Shown: positions 1 through 8,162 of the stretch, one piece after another
Numbering within the stretch: the first letter of the stretch is position 1
Layout of the letters: each line of letters begins with the position of its first letter
Source of the DNA: Prochlorococcus marinus str. MIT 0918
GTDB lineage: Bacteria; Cyanobacteriota; Cyanobacteriia; PCC-6307; Cyanobiaceae
Assembly (NCBI RefSeq): GCF_027359415.1
Contig: NZ_CP114780.1
Span: 1,230,764 to 1,262,763, forward strand
Direction: 5' to 3'
Length of the DNA stretch: 32,000 nucleotides
Made by a program: the position numbers and the translations under genes
Notes under the pieces: generated by a model
Databases searched by the model: none
Told to the model about the DNA's origin: nothing
What the model saw: only the letters and a program-made list of their open reading frames with translations

Positions 1-1
1 T

Positions 2-1084
2 TGCAAAGATATTGGAATCATAGGAGGTGGAGTCATTGGTGCTACAACTGCTTTTTATTTAGCAAAAGCAGGTCACAATATTCATATCTTTGATCCTGAG
101 CTAAACCAACCAATATTAACCACTAATTCATTAACAGGTACTAAAGCTTCATTAGGAATAATTATGGGCAATATCTTTCGAAGATCATCAGGTCGAAGCT
201 GGAAGCTGAGACAGCGAAGCATGGCATTATGGCCAAATTTAATTCGAGAGATCTCTACATCAAAATATTCATTCAATATAGAAACACCATTAATTCAATT
301 AGCAACTTCATATAAAGAAGCAGAGTTAATGAAAGGTTTAGCAGATAAAAGATTTGACTTAGGACTAAAAGTATTAGATAAAAATGACAAAGGTCCTCAA
401 GAAAGAATTTGGCCAACTAATCTATATGGAGGACTGATTTCAGAAAAAGATGGAAGAATTAATCCATTAAAATTACTATATAATCTTTTTATTTATTTAA
501 AAAAGTTGAAAGTAGTTAGTGTAAATAAAAATGTTTCTTTCTTAACAAGGCAATTAACCAATAATCAAGTTATATGGAATATTCATTTGGATAATGATAA
601 AAAATTTCAAAAAGATATAGTTATTATTTGTGCAGCTTTAGGGAGTGAGCATTTATTAAAAAAATTTGGTTATAAAATACCTCTAGAGCCTATACTTGGA
701 CAAGGACTAGAACTTAATATTAAAGAAGTAAGTGGGGATTGGAATGAATGGCCAAGTGTACTTATAAGTAATGGAGTAGCTTTAATTCCTCAAACAAAAA
801 ATAAGCTTCTGATGGGAGCAACAATTGAACCTGGAATAAAGCCCAGCGAAATCCATCTCGAAGAAATGCTAAAAATGAATGGCATTGCTCCTCACTGGAT
901 AAAAACTGCACAAATAAGTAATCATTGGTTTGGAGTCAGAGCAAAACCTAAAAACCGACCAGCTCCTGTCTTAGAAGTATTAGAAAAAGGATTAATTATT
1001 AATGCAGCCCATTATAGAAATGGAATTCTCTTAGCTCCAGCATGTGCTGAATGGGTACTCAGCCAAATAGAAAATGTCCCCTAA
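2..1084 (+). CDS. FAD-dependent oxidoreductase, glycine oxidase (ThiO)-like; 5' end at or just beyond the window edge
   Basis: Frame 2 is open from nt 2, so the ORF-track ATG at 164 is internal. Nt 11-73 translate to IGIIGGGVIGATTAFYLAKAG, a GxGxxG Rossmann FAD-binding motif at the extreme N-terminus. The C-terminal AHYRNGILLAPACA resembles the ThiO/DAO-family signature. Stop TAA at 1082-1084. Confidence 0.8.
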   Translation, partial: CKDIGIIGGGVIGATTAFYLAKAGHNIHIFDPELNQPILTTNSLTGTKASLGIIMGNIFRRSSGRSWKLRQRSMALWPNLIREISTSKYSFNIETPLIQLATSYKEAELMKGLADKRFDLGLKVLDKNDKGPQERIWPTNLYGGLISEKDGRINPLKLLYNLFIYLKKLKVVSVNKNVSFLTRQLTNNQVIWNIHLDNDKKFQKDIVIICAALGSEHLLKKFGYKIPLEPILGQGLELNIKEVSGDWNEWPSVLISNGVALIPQTKNKLLMGATIEPGIKPSEIHLEEMLKMNGIAPHWIKTAQISNHWFGVRAKPKNRPAPVLEVLEKGLIINAAHYRNGILLAPACAEWVLSQIENVP

Positions 1085-1090
1085 TTACTT

Positions 1091-2995
1091 TTACTTTGTT
1101 TCAGTAAATTCAGCATCAATTACATCATCATTACTCTGAGAAGAATTATTAGAATCTTGCCCTGATGAACCATCAGCTGCCTGAGAGGCAGCATTAGCTT
1201 GTTGATAAACAGAGGCTCCTAAAGTATATAGTTCTTTCTGTAAATCTTCTAATAAAGTTTTCATCGTTTCAAAATCATCTTTTTCTGTAGCTTCTTTTAA
1301 TTGAATACGTTTCTCTTCTACTTTTGCTTTTGCATCTTTATCAACCTTATCTCCTAATTCTGTCAGTTGTTTTTCTGATTGATATACAAGAGTTTCTGCT
1401 TGATTTTTAATATCAATTCGTTCGCGCTTTTCTTTATCAACAGAAGCATTATTTTCTGCATCTTTAACCATTTTCTCAACTTCATTATCGGATAAAGTTG
1501 ATGCTCCTGTAATGGAGATACTCTGTTCTTTACCGCTGCCTTTATCTTTTGCAGTTACACTTAAAATTCCATTCGCATCAATATCAAAAGTAACCTCAAT
1601 TTGTGGAACTCCACGAGGAGAAGGAGGAATGCCATCTAAACGAAAAGTTCCAAGACTTTTATTGTCAGATGCCATTTCTCTTTCGCCTTGTAAAACATGA
1701 ATTTCAACATTAGTTTGGCCATCAACCGCTGTCGAATAAGTCTCTGTTTTTTTAGTAGGAACAGTTGTGTTTCTAGTAATCATTTTCGTCATAACACCTC
1801 CCAAAGTTTCAACTCCTAAAGAAAGAGGTGTGACATCTAGTAGCAAAATATCTTTAACTTCACCAGCTAAAACGCCTCCTTGTATAGCAGCACCAACAGC
1901 AACAACTTCATCAGGGTTAACTGTTTGATTAGGATCCTTGCCAGTTACTCTCTTAACTAATTCTTTTACAGAAGGCATCCTTGTTGATCCACCAACCATA
2001 ACAATTTCATCAATCTCTCCTGTCGATAACTTTGCATCTTTCAGAGCTTGTTCCACAGGAACTCGACATCTATCTATCAAATCAGAAGCCAGTTCTTCAA
2101 ATTTTGCTCTCGTAAGTGTTAAATCTAAATGCTTAGGGCCTTCTGGTGTGGCAGTAATAAAAGGAAGATTAATTTCACTTTGCGTAGCATTAGATAACTC
2201 AATCTTTGCCTTTTCTGCAGCTTCTGTTAGGCGCTGGAGGGCTTGTTTGTCCTGTCTCAGGTCAATCCCTTCATTTGTTTTAAACGTTGCAGCTAAATGA
2301 TCAACAATAACTTTGTCAAAATCGTCTCCTCCCAGATGTGTATCTCCAGAAGTAGACAAAACTTCAAAAACACCATCTCCAACTTCCAACACCGATACAT
2401 CAAAAGTTCCACCACCCAAATCAAAAACTAAAATACGTTCATTACTTTTTTTATCTAAACCATAAGCAAGTGCAGCAGCAGTTGGCTCATTAATGATTCT
2501 AAGAACTTCTAAACCAGCAATCTTTCCTGCATCTTTAGTAGCTTGACGCTGTGAGTCATTAAAATATGCAGGAACAGTAATCACGGCTTGAGTAACCGTT
2601 TCACCTAAGTATTTTCCTGCATCTTCTGAAAGCTTTCGCAAAACTTGAGCACTCACTTCTTCAGGAGAAAATTGCTTGTCTAAAACCGGACATTTTAGCT
2701 TGACATTAGATCCTGACTTTTCTACTCCATAACTGACTTCTTTAGATTCTTCATTAACCTCATCCACTCTTCTTCCCACAAACCGTTTTGATGAATAAAA
2801 AGTATTTTCTGGATTCATAACAGCTTGTCGCTTAGCAATCTGACCAACTAATTGGTCTTGATTTTTTGTATAAGCAACCACAGAAGGAGTTGTACGAAAA
2901 CCCTCAGCATTTGCAATTACTGTGGGTTTGCCACCCTCCATTACAGCAACGCAACTATTAGTTGTACCGAGATCAATTCCTACAACCTTCCCCAT
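1091..2995 (-). CDS. dnaK: Molecular chaperone DnaK (Hsp70)
   Basis: 634-aa ORF with the Hsp70 signatures [19 protein letters not shown] and [11 protein letters not shown], and a C-terminal lid with an acidic tail. ATG start is preceded by two AGGAG Shine-Dalgarno-like motifs (minus strand: TTAGGAGCAGGAGTCCA-ATG). Confidence 0.97.
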   Translation of the reverse strand: MGKVVGIDLGTTNSCVAVMEGGKPTVIANAEGFRTTPSVVAYTKNQDQLVGQIAKRQAVMNPENTFYSSKRFVGRRVDEVNEESKEVSYGVEKSGSNVKLKCPVLDKQFSPEEVSAQVLRKLSEDAGKYLGETVTQAVITVPAYFNDSQRQATKDAGKIAGLEVLRIINEPTAAALAYGLDKKSNERILVFDLGGGTFDVSVLEVGDGVFEVLSTSGDTHLGGDDFDKVIVDHLAATFKTNEGIDLRQDKQALQRLTEAAEKAKIELSNATQSEINLPFITATPEGPKHLDLTLTRAKFEELASDLIDRCRVPVEQALKDAKLSTGEIDEIVMVGGSTRMPSVKELVKRVTGKDPNQTVNPDEVVAVGAAIQGGVLAGEVKDILLLDVTPLSLGVETLGGVMTKMITRNTTVPTKKTETYSTAVDGQTNVEIHVLQGEREMASDNKSLGTFRLDGIPPSPRGVPQIEVTFDIDANGILSVTAKDKGSGKEQSISITGASTLSDNEVEKMVKDAENNASVDKEKRERIDIKNQAETLVYQSEKQLTELGDKVDKDAKAKVEEKRIQLKEATEKDDFETMKTLLEDLQKELYTLGASVYQQANAASQAADGSSGQDSNNSSQSNDDVIDAEFTETK

Positions 2996-3016
2996 TGGAC
3001 TCCTGCTCCTAAAATA

Positions 3017-3039
3017 ATGTCTTTAATTAATAGAGACAT
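3017..3039 (-). promoter_or_regulatory. 23-bp near-perfect palindrome with a central -10-like TATTAAT, 21 nt upstream of the dnaK start; candidate operator or 5'-leader hairpin
   Basis: Minus strand reads ATGTCTCTA-TTAAT-TAAAGACAT. Nine paired arm positions, 8 Watson-Crick plus one G/T. It lies in the 112-bp divergent dnaK/aroE spacer. Confidence 0.3.
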
Positions 3040-3107
3040 CCTCGGCAGTTAAACCACTTAGAGGCGAGGTGTGGTTCCCGAACAGACCGCTAAACTACTC
3101 TTAAAAT

Positions 3108-4025
3108 ATGGAACCAAACAAACACAAAACCATTAATGGAGACACAAGCCTTGTAGGGGTACTTGGGGACCCTGTGAATCATTCTCTTTCTCCAGTGATT
3201 CATAATGCTGCACTATTAGAGCTAAATTTAAATTGGTGTTACTTAGCAATTCCATCCAAAGAAATACATTTTGAGTTAGTAGTGAAAGGACTAAGAAAAA
3301 TCAATTGCAAAGGACTAAATATAACAATTCCATATAAAAGTCAGGCTATGAATTGTTGTACACATATAAATAATTTTTCAAAAAATATAGAAGCTGTTAA
3401 TACTTTAGTTCCAAATGATAATGATGGTTGGTCAGGTTTTAATACAGACGTTGATGGCTTTATAGCTCCTTTATTATATGAAAAAAATTGGGCTAAGAAA
3501 AAAGCATTAATTATAGGAACTGGAGGAAGTGCGAAGGCGGTTGCTAAAGGATTAGACTTATTAGGTTTAGGAACAATAACTTGTATAAGTCGAAGTAATG
3601 AATCCTTAATGAAATTTTTAAACATAATCCGGCCAAATATTAATCAAAAAACAAATATAAATGGAATAACCAAAGATAATTTATCATTAAAACATTATAT
3701 CAATGAATCTAATTTAATAATAAATGCTACACCTATAGGCATGACAAATAAATCAATCGATAATAATATCCAACAAATACCACTAGGGCGAGAAATATGG
3801 AATAATCTAAAAAAAGATACTATTTTATATGATTTAATCTATACACCTAGACCTACTGAATGGTTAAAACTAACCACCCAATATGGATGCAAAAGAATTG
3901 ACGGTCTTGAAATGCTAATTCAACAAGGTGCATCATCATTAAGATTATGGAGTGGAATAGAAGAAATGCCAATTGATATAATGAGAGAAGCAGCACACAA
4001 AGAATTGCTCAATAAAAAGCTATGA
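3108..4025 (+). CDS. aroE: Shikimate 5-dehydrogenase
   Basis: 305-aa ORF with the AroE motifs SLSPVIHNAA, NITIPYK, NTDVDGF and the NADP-binding glycine loop GTGGSAKAV. Confidence 0.93.
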   Translation: MEPNKHKTINGDTSLVGVLGDPVNHSLSPVIHNAALLELNLNWCYLAIPSKEIHFELVVKGLRKINCKGLNITIPYKSQAMNCCTHINNFSKNIEAVNTLVPNDNDGWSGFNTDVDGFIAPLLYEKNWAKKKALIIGTGGSAKAVAKGLDLLGLGTITCISRSNESLMKFLNIIRPNINQKTNINGITKDNLSLKHYINESNLIINATPIGMTNKSIDNNIQQIPLGREIWNNLKKDTILYDLIYTPRPTEWLKLTTQYGCKRIDGLEMLIQQGASSLRLWSGIEEMPIDIMREAAHKELLNKKL

Positions 4026-4480
4026 TTTCAATAAAGGAAAGAATAATCAGCATATTTATCTATATGCTACCTTGGAGTTATGCTATTGTGTTTGGACGAG
4101 ATTTCTTCATAAATTTTCCCATCTCTAAGTTGCTAATTTATCCAACTATTCCAATATTCTATATTCAAAATATATTGCCTTTTGGTAGCTTTATCCTATT
4201 TATAATTCTTCTTTTAGCTATAGCTCAAAATCCTAAAGTATCGATCTTTATAAGATTTAATACCATGCAAGCTCTTTTAATTAATATAGCGTTAATAATA
4301 ATAAACTACGGGTATAATATTATGATAAAGCTATTAGAATATGTATTATTCATGCAAACAATTTCTAATATTATATTTATAAGTTCTTTATCAATAATAA
4401 TTTTTGCAGTAATTCAGTGCTCCAGAGGTATCGAACCTGATCTACCTGGAATCAGCAATGCAGCAAGAATACAAGTTTGA
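4022..4480 (+). CDS. Small integral membrane protein, Tic20/Ycf60-like (conserved hypothetical)
   Basis: 152 aa with about 4 predicted hydrophobic helices. The motif FIRFNTMQALLINIAL resembles the Tic20-family RFxxMQA motif (recalled, not searched). Its start overlaps the aroE stop as ATGA (4022-4025), which suggests translational coupling. Confidence 0.6.
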   Translation: MISIKERIISIFIYMLPWSYAIVFGRDFFINFPISKLLIYPTIPIFYIQNILPFGSFILFIILLLAIAQNPKVSIFIRFNTMQALLINIALIIINYGYNIMIKLLEYVLFMQTISNIIFISSLSIIIFAVIQCSRGIEPDLPGISNAARIQV

Positions 4481-4563
4481 AGAAATAACCATAAAGGTAT
4501 AGGATGAAAGATCCGACGCTCATTTAATTATGAGCCAATATAGTCCTAGCCGGAAAATTTTTC

Positions 4564-5046
4564 ATGTCAGAGCCAACTTACTACGAAACCATGTATATCC
4601 TTCGCCCAGATATACCTGAGGACGAAGTTGAAAACCATTTAAAAAAATATAGTGAAGTGCTAGAGAAAGCAAAGTCTAAAGTTATAGACAATCAAATGCG
4701 AGGAAAGCGGAGACTTGCCTATACAATTGGTAAGCATAAAGAAGGTGTTTATGTTCAACTAAGTCATACAGGTCCAGGAGAAAATATAGAAACTCTAGAA
4801 AAGGCCATGAGGCTAAGTGAAGACGTAATAAGATATTTAACTGTAAAGCAATATGGCCCAATTCCTACAAAGAAAAACACAAAACCTCAAGATGCAGAGT
4901 CTAAGTCAAACAAAAATGACAAAGAATTAGAAGAAAAAAAAGAAAATAATGAAAAAGTAGATCCCTCAGTCAAAAAAGAAAAAGATTCAGAAACTAAACA
5001 AGAAGAAACTAAACAAGAAGAAACTAAACAAGAAGAAACTAAGTAA
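4564..5046 (+). CDS. rpsF: 30S ribosomal protein S6 with a long Lys/Glu-rich C-terminal extension
   Basis: The N-terminal ~100 aa match S6 ([10 protein letters not shown]..., [18 protein letters not shown]). The remaining ~60 aa are a low-complexity K/E/N tail that ends in ETKQE repeats. Confidence 0.93.
   Translation: MSEPTYYETMYILRPDIPEDEVENHLKKYSEVLEKAKSKVIDNQMRGKRRLAYTIGKHKEGVYVQLSHTGPGENIETLEKAMRLSEDVIRYLTVKQYGPIPTKKNTKPQDAESKSNKNDKELEEKKENNEKVDPSVKKEKDSETKQEETKQEETKQEETK
4990..5042 (+). repeat. Perfect 15-bp tandem repeat GAAACTAAACAAGAA, 3 full copies plus 8 bp, inside the 3' end of rpsF
   Basis: Identical copies at 4990-5004, 5005-5019 and 5020-5034, and a partial copy at 5035-5042. 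The repeat is in frame and encodes (ETKQE)3-ETK immediately before the stop at 5044-5046. Confidence 0.95.
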
Positions 5047-5070
5047 AGGTAATTAATGAAAAAAGGCAAA

Positions 5071-6279
5071 CTATTTTTTCTTATTTACTGAAGCCCAGAG
5101 ACGATTAGCCAAACCCCATATATAAATAAATCCTTTAGCTGAGGAATGGTCAAACTTATCATCTGAACCATAAGTACATATATCAGGTAAATATAAACTA
5201 TTAGTCGAAGACTGTCTTCCTAAAATTGTAAGGCTACCTTTATATAATTGAACCTTAACTGATCCATTCACATCACTTTGCGTACTATCAATAAAAGCAT
5301 CTAAGGCATCTTTTAAAGGGCTAAACCAAAAGCCCTGATAAACTAAATCTGCCCATTGTCTTTCTAGAGTAGCTTTAGTACGTAAAACTTCTGCTGACAA
5401 AGTCAAACTTTCTAATTCTTGATGCGTTTTAATTAATAACAGCAAACCAGGAGTTTCATAAATTTCTCTACTTTTAATACCAACTACTCGATTTTCAATC
5501 ATGTCAATTCGTCCTATTCCATGCAGACCGGCTAAAGAGTTTACTTTCCTAATAAGGCGCACAGGATCCAATGCTTCGTCATCAATAGCAATGGGATTCC
5601 CATTCTGAAAGAAAATTTCTAATTCTTGGGGTTCCTCAGGAGCTTCTTCCTTAGATGAAGTCAATTGAAAGACTTCTTCAGGAGGAGCTAAAAATGGATC
5701 CTCTAATGGACCAGCTTCAATACTTCTACCTAAGAGGTTTAAATCAATAGAAAATGGCGACTTTTTAGTAACAGGAGCTGGAATTCCATATTTTTCTCCG
5801 TAAACAATTAGCTCTTCTCTACTCATTGACCATTCTCTAGCAGGAGTGAAAATGCGTAACTGTGGAGCCAGTGAAGCTATCGCTAAATCAAAACGAACTT
5901 GATCATTGCCCTTACCAGTACAACCATGAGCAACTGCTCCTGCATCTCTTTCGATTGCTATATCAACCAATCTTTTTGCAATTAAAGGCCTTGCTAATGC
6001 TGTAGATAAAGGATATTTGCCTTCATATAATGCATTTGCTCTAATTGCAGGAAATGCAAAATCTTTGATAAAGGGCTCAATCAAATCATCAACTAAAGAT
6101 TCTTTAGCACCTGCCAATAAAGCTTTTTCACGAATAGGACCTAATTCCTCGCCTTGTCCTAAATCTGCTGCAAAGGCAATAACCTCCTCAATACCGCATT
6201 CATTTTTTAAATAAGGAATGCAAGCACTAGTATCGACTCCACCAGAATAAGCAAGAATAACTTTGCGAAAATTTCCCAT
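5071..6279 (-). CDS. argG: Argininosuccinate synthase
   Basis: 402 aa with the N-terminal PP-loop AYSGGVDTS and [12 protein letters not shown]. Length is typical for type I ArgG. Confidence 0.97.
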   Translation of the reverse strand: MGNFRKVILAYSGGVDTSACIPYLKNECGIEEVIAFAADLGQGEELGPIREKALLAGAKESLVDDLIEPFIKDFAFPAIRANALYEGKYPLSTALARPLIAKRLVDIAIERDAGAVAHGCTGKGNDQVRFDLAIASLAPQLRIFTPAREWSMSREELIVYGEKYGIPAPVTKKSPFSIDLNLLGRSIEAGPLEDPFLAPPEEVFQLTSSKEEAPEEPQELEIFFQNGNPIAIDDEALDPVRLIRKVNSLAGLHGIGRIDMIENRVVGIKSREIYETPGLLLLIKTHQELESLTLSAEVLRTKATLERQWADLVYQGFWFSPLKDALDAFIDSTQSDVNGSVKVQLYKGSLTILGRQSSTNSLYLPDICTYGSDDKFDHSSAKGFIYIWGLANRLWASVNKKK

Positions 6280-6305
6280 TAACCAATAGCTCCTAAAGAT
6301 AAAAC

Positions 6306-6494
6306 CTAGTTTTGACGAAAAGTTAATGCTAAATAAAAAAATAGAAAAAGTGAAGGCCCAAAAAGCAAACCAAAAACTATCCAGAGTCTAATTTCAAAAG
6401 GATCAGGATGATTAATACCCCAAACACGGAACAACCAACTAACTAAAAGGGCAAAAGCCCAAGTCAAAGCAATTAATGGAATCTTATAAGCCAA
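6306..6494 (-). CDS. Hypothetical small membrane protein (62 aa, two hydrophobic helices)
   Basis: The ORF ends 26 nt upstream of the argG start on the same strand. There are two clear hydrophobic segments ([18 protein letters not shown] and [21 protein letters not shown]). The frame contains no ATG, so a TTG start (6494 or downstream) would be required. Confidence 0.4.
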   Translation of the reverse strand: MAYKIPLIALTWAFALLVSWLFRVWGINHPDPFEIRLWIVFGLLFGPSLFLFFYLALTFRQN

Positions 6495-6550
6495 AACAAG
6501 AAAATCATCTCATAATGCATTATCTTATTAGAACGAGAAAAAAGTTTTTG

Positions 6551-6802
6551 ATGAGCACACTCGATACAATCAATCCTGCACTCACTCGTTATCACAGGCA
6601 AGATCCTGCGCCCGTTTTGCCACTCAGAGAAGAGCCTGACCTTTTAAGCTGGCTTGAAACTAGTGGCAGGCTTATCTCCGATGATGTATCAGCTATTCAA
6701 GAAGTTAGCACTGTAGAAGAAGAAGAATTATCAGCACTAATGGGCGAAAAGGAAGATTATAAAACAGAAGAAGAACCAACTGAAGACGATTGGGAAGAAT
6801 AA
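6551..6802 (+). CDS. Small acidic conserved hypothetical protein (resembles cyanobacterial DUF3134)
   Basis: I trimmed the ORF-track start (6476) to the ATG at 6551, because the longer form would overlap the opposite-strand small ORF. The product is 83 aa: MSTLDTINPALTRYHRQDPAPVLPLREEPDLLSWLETSGRLI... with an E/D-rich tail ...EEEPTEDDWEE. The family assignment is from memory only. Confidence 0.55.
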   Translation: MSTLDTINPALTRYHRQDPAPVLPLREEPDLLSWLETSGRLISDDVSAIQEVSTVEEEELSALMGEKEDYKTEEEPTEDDWEE

Positions 6803-7908
6803 TTAAAAAGGAAAAAATAAAAATAGTCCGCGCTTTAAAATCAAGCGAGAAAAGTTATATTCTATTAATAATACTTCTTTGCAGCATATGCTTAAGTATA
6901 GATATATTCTTGAAAAGCAGTGTTTTGTTTATACCATTATTAATATCATTCATCATATCTACACTTATAATACAATTAATTATCCCAAAATTAGAAAAAA
7001 TAAAGTTACATCAAATTATTAGAATAGAAGGTCCAAAAAAACATCATGAGAAGTCAGGAACTCCTACAATGGGGGGAATTTTAATAATTCCAATCGGAAT
7101 AATTATTGGTAATCTAGCAAATTTAAACAACTTATCTCAAGGCAAACTGTTAGCAATTAGCTTCCTTACTTTAGGATATATGAGTATTGGTCTAATAGAT
7201 GATTGGCGTAGTTTAACATTGAATAAAAACAAAGGCTTAACTCCCATAGAAAAAATATTTTTACAAACTATCATGGGAATAATTTTTATTTATTTTATAT
7301 CTACGCAAGGGTGGCTTGATTCCAATATATTGCTATTCTCTCAGAATTCGATTAATTTAAGTTTTCTAATTTGGCCTATAGCTTTATTCACTTTAATTGC
7401 AGAAAGTAATGCTACAAACTTAACTGATGGTTTAGACGGATTAGCAAGTGGCTGTGGAGCAATAGTCTTCACAGGATTAGCGATTGAATTAATACTTAGA
7501 GGAGAAATGCAAGACTACTCATTCGCCCGTTTTGCAATAGCATTAGCAGGAACTTTATTAGGATTTCTTATGCATAATAGAAATCCTGCAAGAATATTTA
7601 TGGGGGATGCAGGTTCACTTGCAATCGGTGGTGCATTAACAGGAATCGCACTTATAACAAATAGTCTTTGGTCTTTATTAATAATGGGTGGAGTCTTTGT
7701 TGCAGAAGCTATTTCAGTAATTATTCAAGTAGGTGTGTACAAAATCTCAAAGCGATTAAACGGTCAAGGTTATAGAATTTTTGCGATGGCTCCTCTACAC
7801 CATCATTTCGAACTAAAGAATAAAAAAGAATTAGAAATAGTTAAAAGTTTTTGGCTAGTTTCAATTTTCTTAGTCTGCCTAGGTTTGATACTACGATCAA
7901 GAATCTAA
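6790..7908 (+). CDS. mraY: Phospho-N-acetylmuramoyl-pentapeptide transferase
   Basis: MraY signatures GTPTMGG, NATNLTDGLDGLA, MGDAGSLAIGG and APLHHHFEL in a polytopic membrane protein. There is no ATG before GTPTMGG, so a TTG start is required. The most upstream TTG is at 6790 and overlaps the preceding ORF by 13 nt. The true start may lie downstream. Confidence 0.92.
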   Translation: MGRIIKKEKIKIVRALKSSEKSYILLIILLCSICLSIDIFLKSSVLFIPLLISFIISTLIIQLIIPKLEKIKLHQIIRIEGPKKHHEKSGTPTMGGILIIPIGIIIGNLANLNNLSQGKLLAISFLTLGYMSIGLIDDWRSLTLNKNKGLTPIEKIFLQTIMGIIFIYFISTQGWLDSNILLFSQNSINLSFLIWPIALFTLIAESNATNLTDGLDGLASGCGAIVFTGLAIELILRGEMQDYSFARFAIALAGTLLGFLMHNRNPARIFMGDAGSLAIGGALTGIALITNSLWSLLIMGGVFVAEAISVIIQVGVYKISKRLNGQGYRIFAMAPLHHHFELKNKKELEIVKSFWLVSIFLVCLGLILRSRI

Positions 7909-7919
7909 ATAAAATTACT

Positions 7920-8162
7920 ATGGGCTATTTCACCTGGAAAGAAACTGGTCTCACTAAAGATTGTGAATCTCTAGATGCAATGGCCTATCGTTTTGAAGAA
8001 TCTGCAAAAATAATGCGAAAATTGGCAAAAGCAGGTTTTTCTTTAGAAAGAAAAAAAGACAAAAAAATAATTACTCATACCAATGCAAATATTTTTAACG
8101 AATGGGGCTTTATAACTGAAGAATCAACTTTCCTTCAACTTGCTTTAATACCAGACAAATGA
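7920..8162 (+). CDS. Conserved hypothetical protein (80 aa)
   Basis: I trimmed the start to the ATG at 7920, because the ORF-track start at 7851 lies inside mraY. The product is soluble and basic: MGYFTWKETGLTKDCESLDAMAYRFEESAKIMRKLAKAGF.... I recognise no motif. The 3' end overlaps the convergent sps ORF by 28 nt. Confidence 0.5.
   Translation: MGYFTWKETGLTKDCESLDAMAYRFEESAKIMRKLAKAGFSLERKKDKKIITHTNANIFNEWGFITEESTFLQLALIPDK

Noticed and set aside
82-276. 64-aa minus-strand ORF inside the thiO-like gene
   Set aside because: It lies antisense to the Rossmann-fold region of a recognisable CDS. It is short and has no features.
1512-3052. ORF-track entries 1512-1700(+), 1938-2300(+) and 2852-3052(+), antisense to dnaK
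   Set aside because: These are shadow ORFs inside a confidently identified, highly conserved gene. Their products are low complexity with no motifs.
3040-3107. Relatively GC-rich stretch (ggcgaggtgtggttcccgaacagaccgc) in the dnaK-aroE spacer, checked as a possible tRNA or ncRNA
   Set aside because: No acceptor or T-arm pairing can be drawn, there is no T-loop consensus, and it is too short. It is probably just promoter or 5'-UTR sequence.
3341-3625. 94-aa minus-strand ORF inside aroE
   Set aside because: Antisense shadow of aroE.
4887-5069. 60-aa minus-strand ORF with a repeated VSSCL motif
   Set aside because: It is the reverse-strand reading of the rpsF 15-bp tandem repeat and K/E tail, so the repeat pattern is a mirror artefact.
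6476-6550. N-terminal extension of the DUF3134-like ORF (ORF-track start 6476)
   Set aside because: The extension overlaps the opposite-strand small ORF and the argG upstream region. The conserved-looking sequence begins after the internal ATG at 6551.
7851-7919. N-terminal extension of the 80-aa ORF into mraY
   Set aside because: The upstream part lies within the mraY coding sequence. The ATG at 7920 follows the mraY stop and gives a compact non-overlapping gene.
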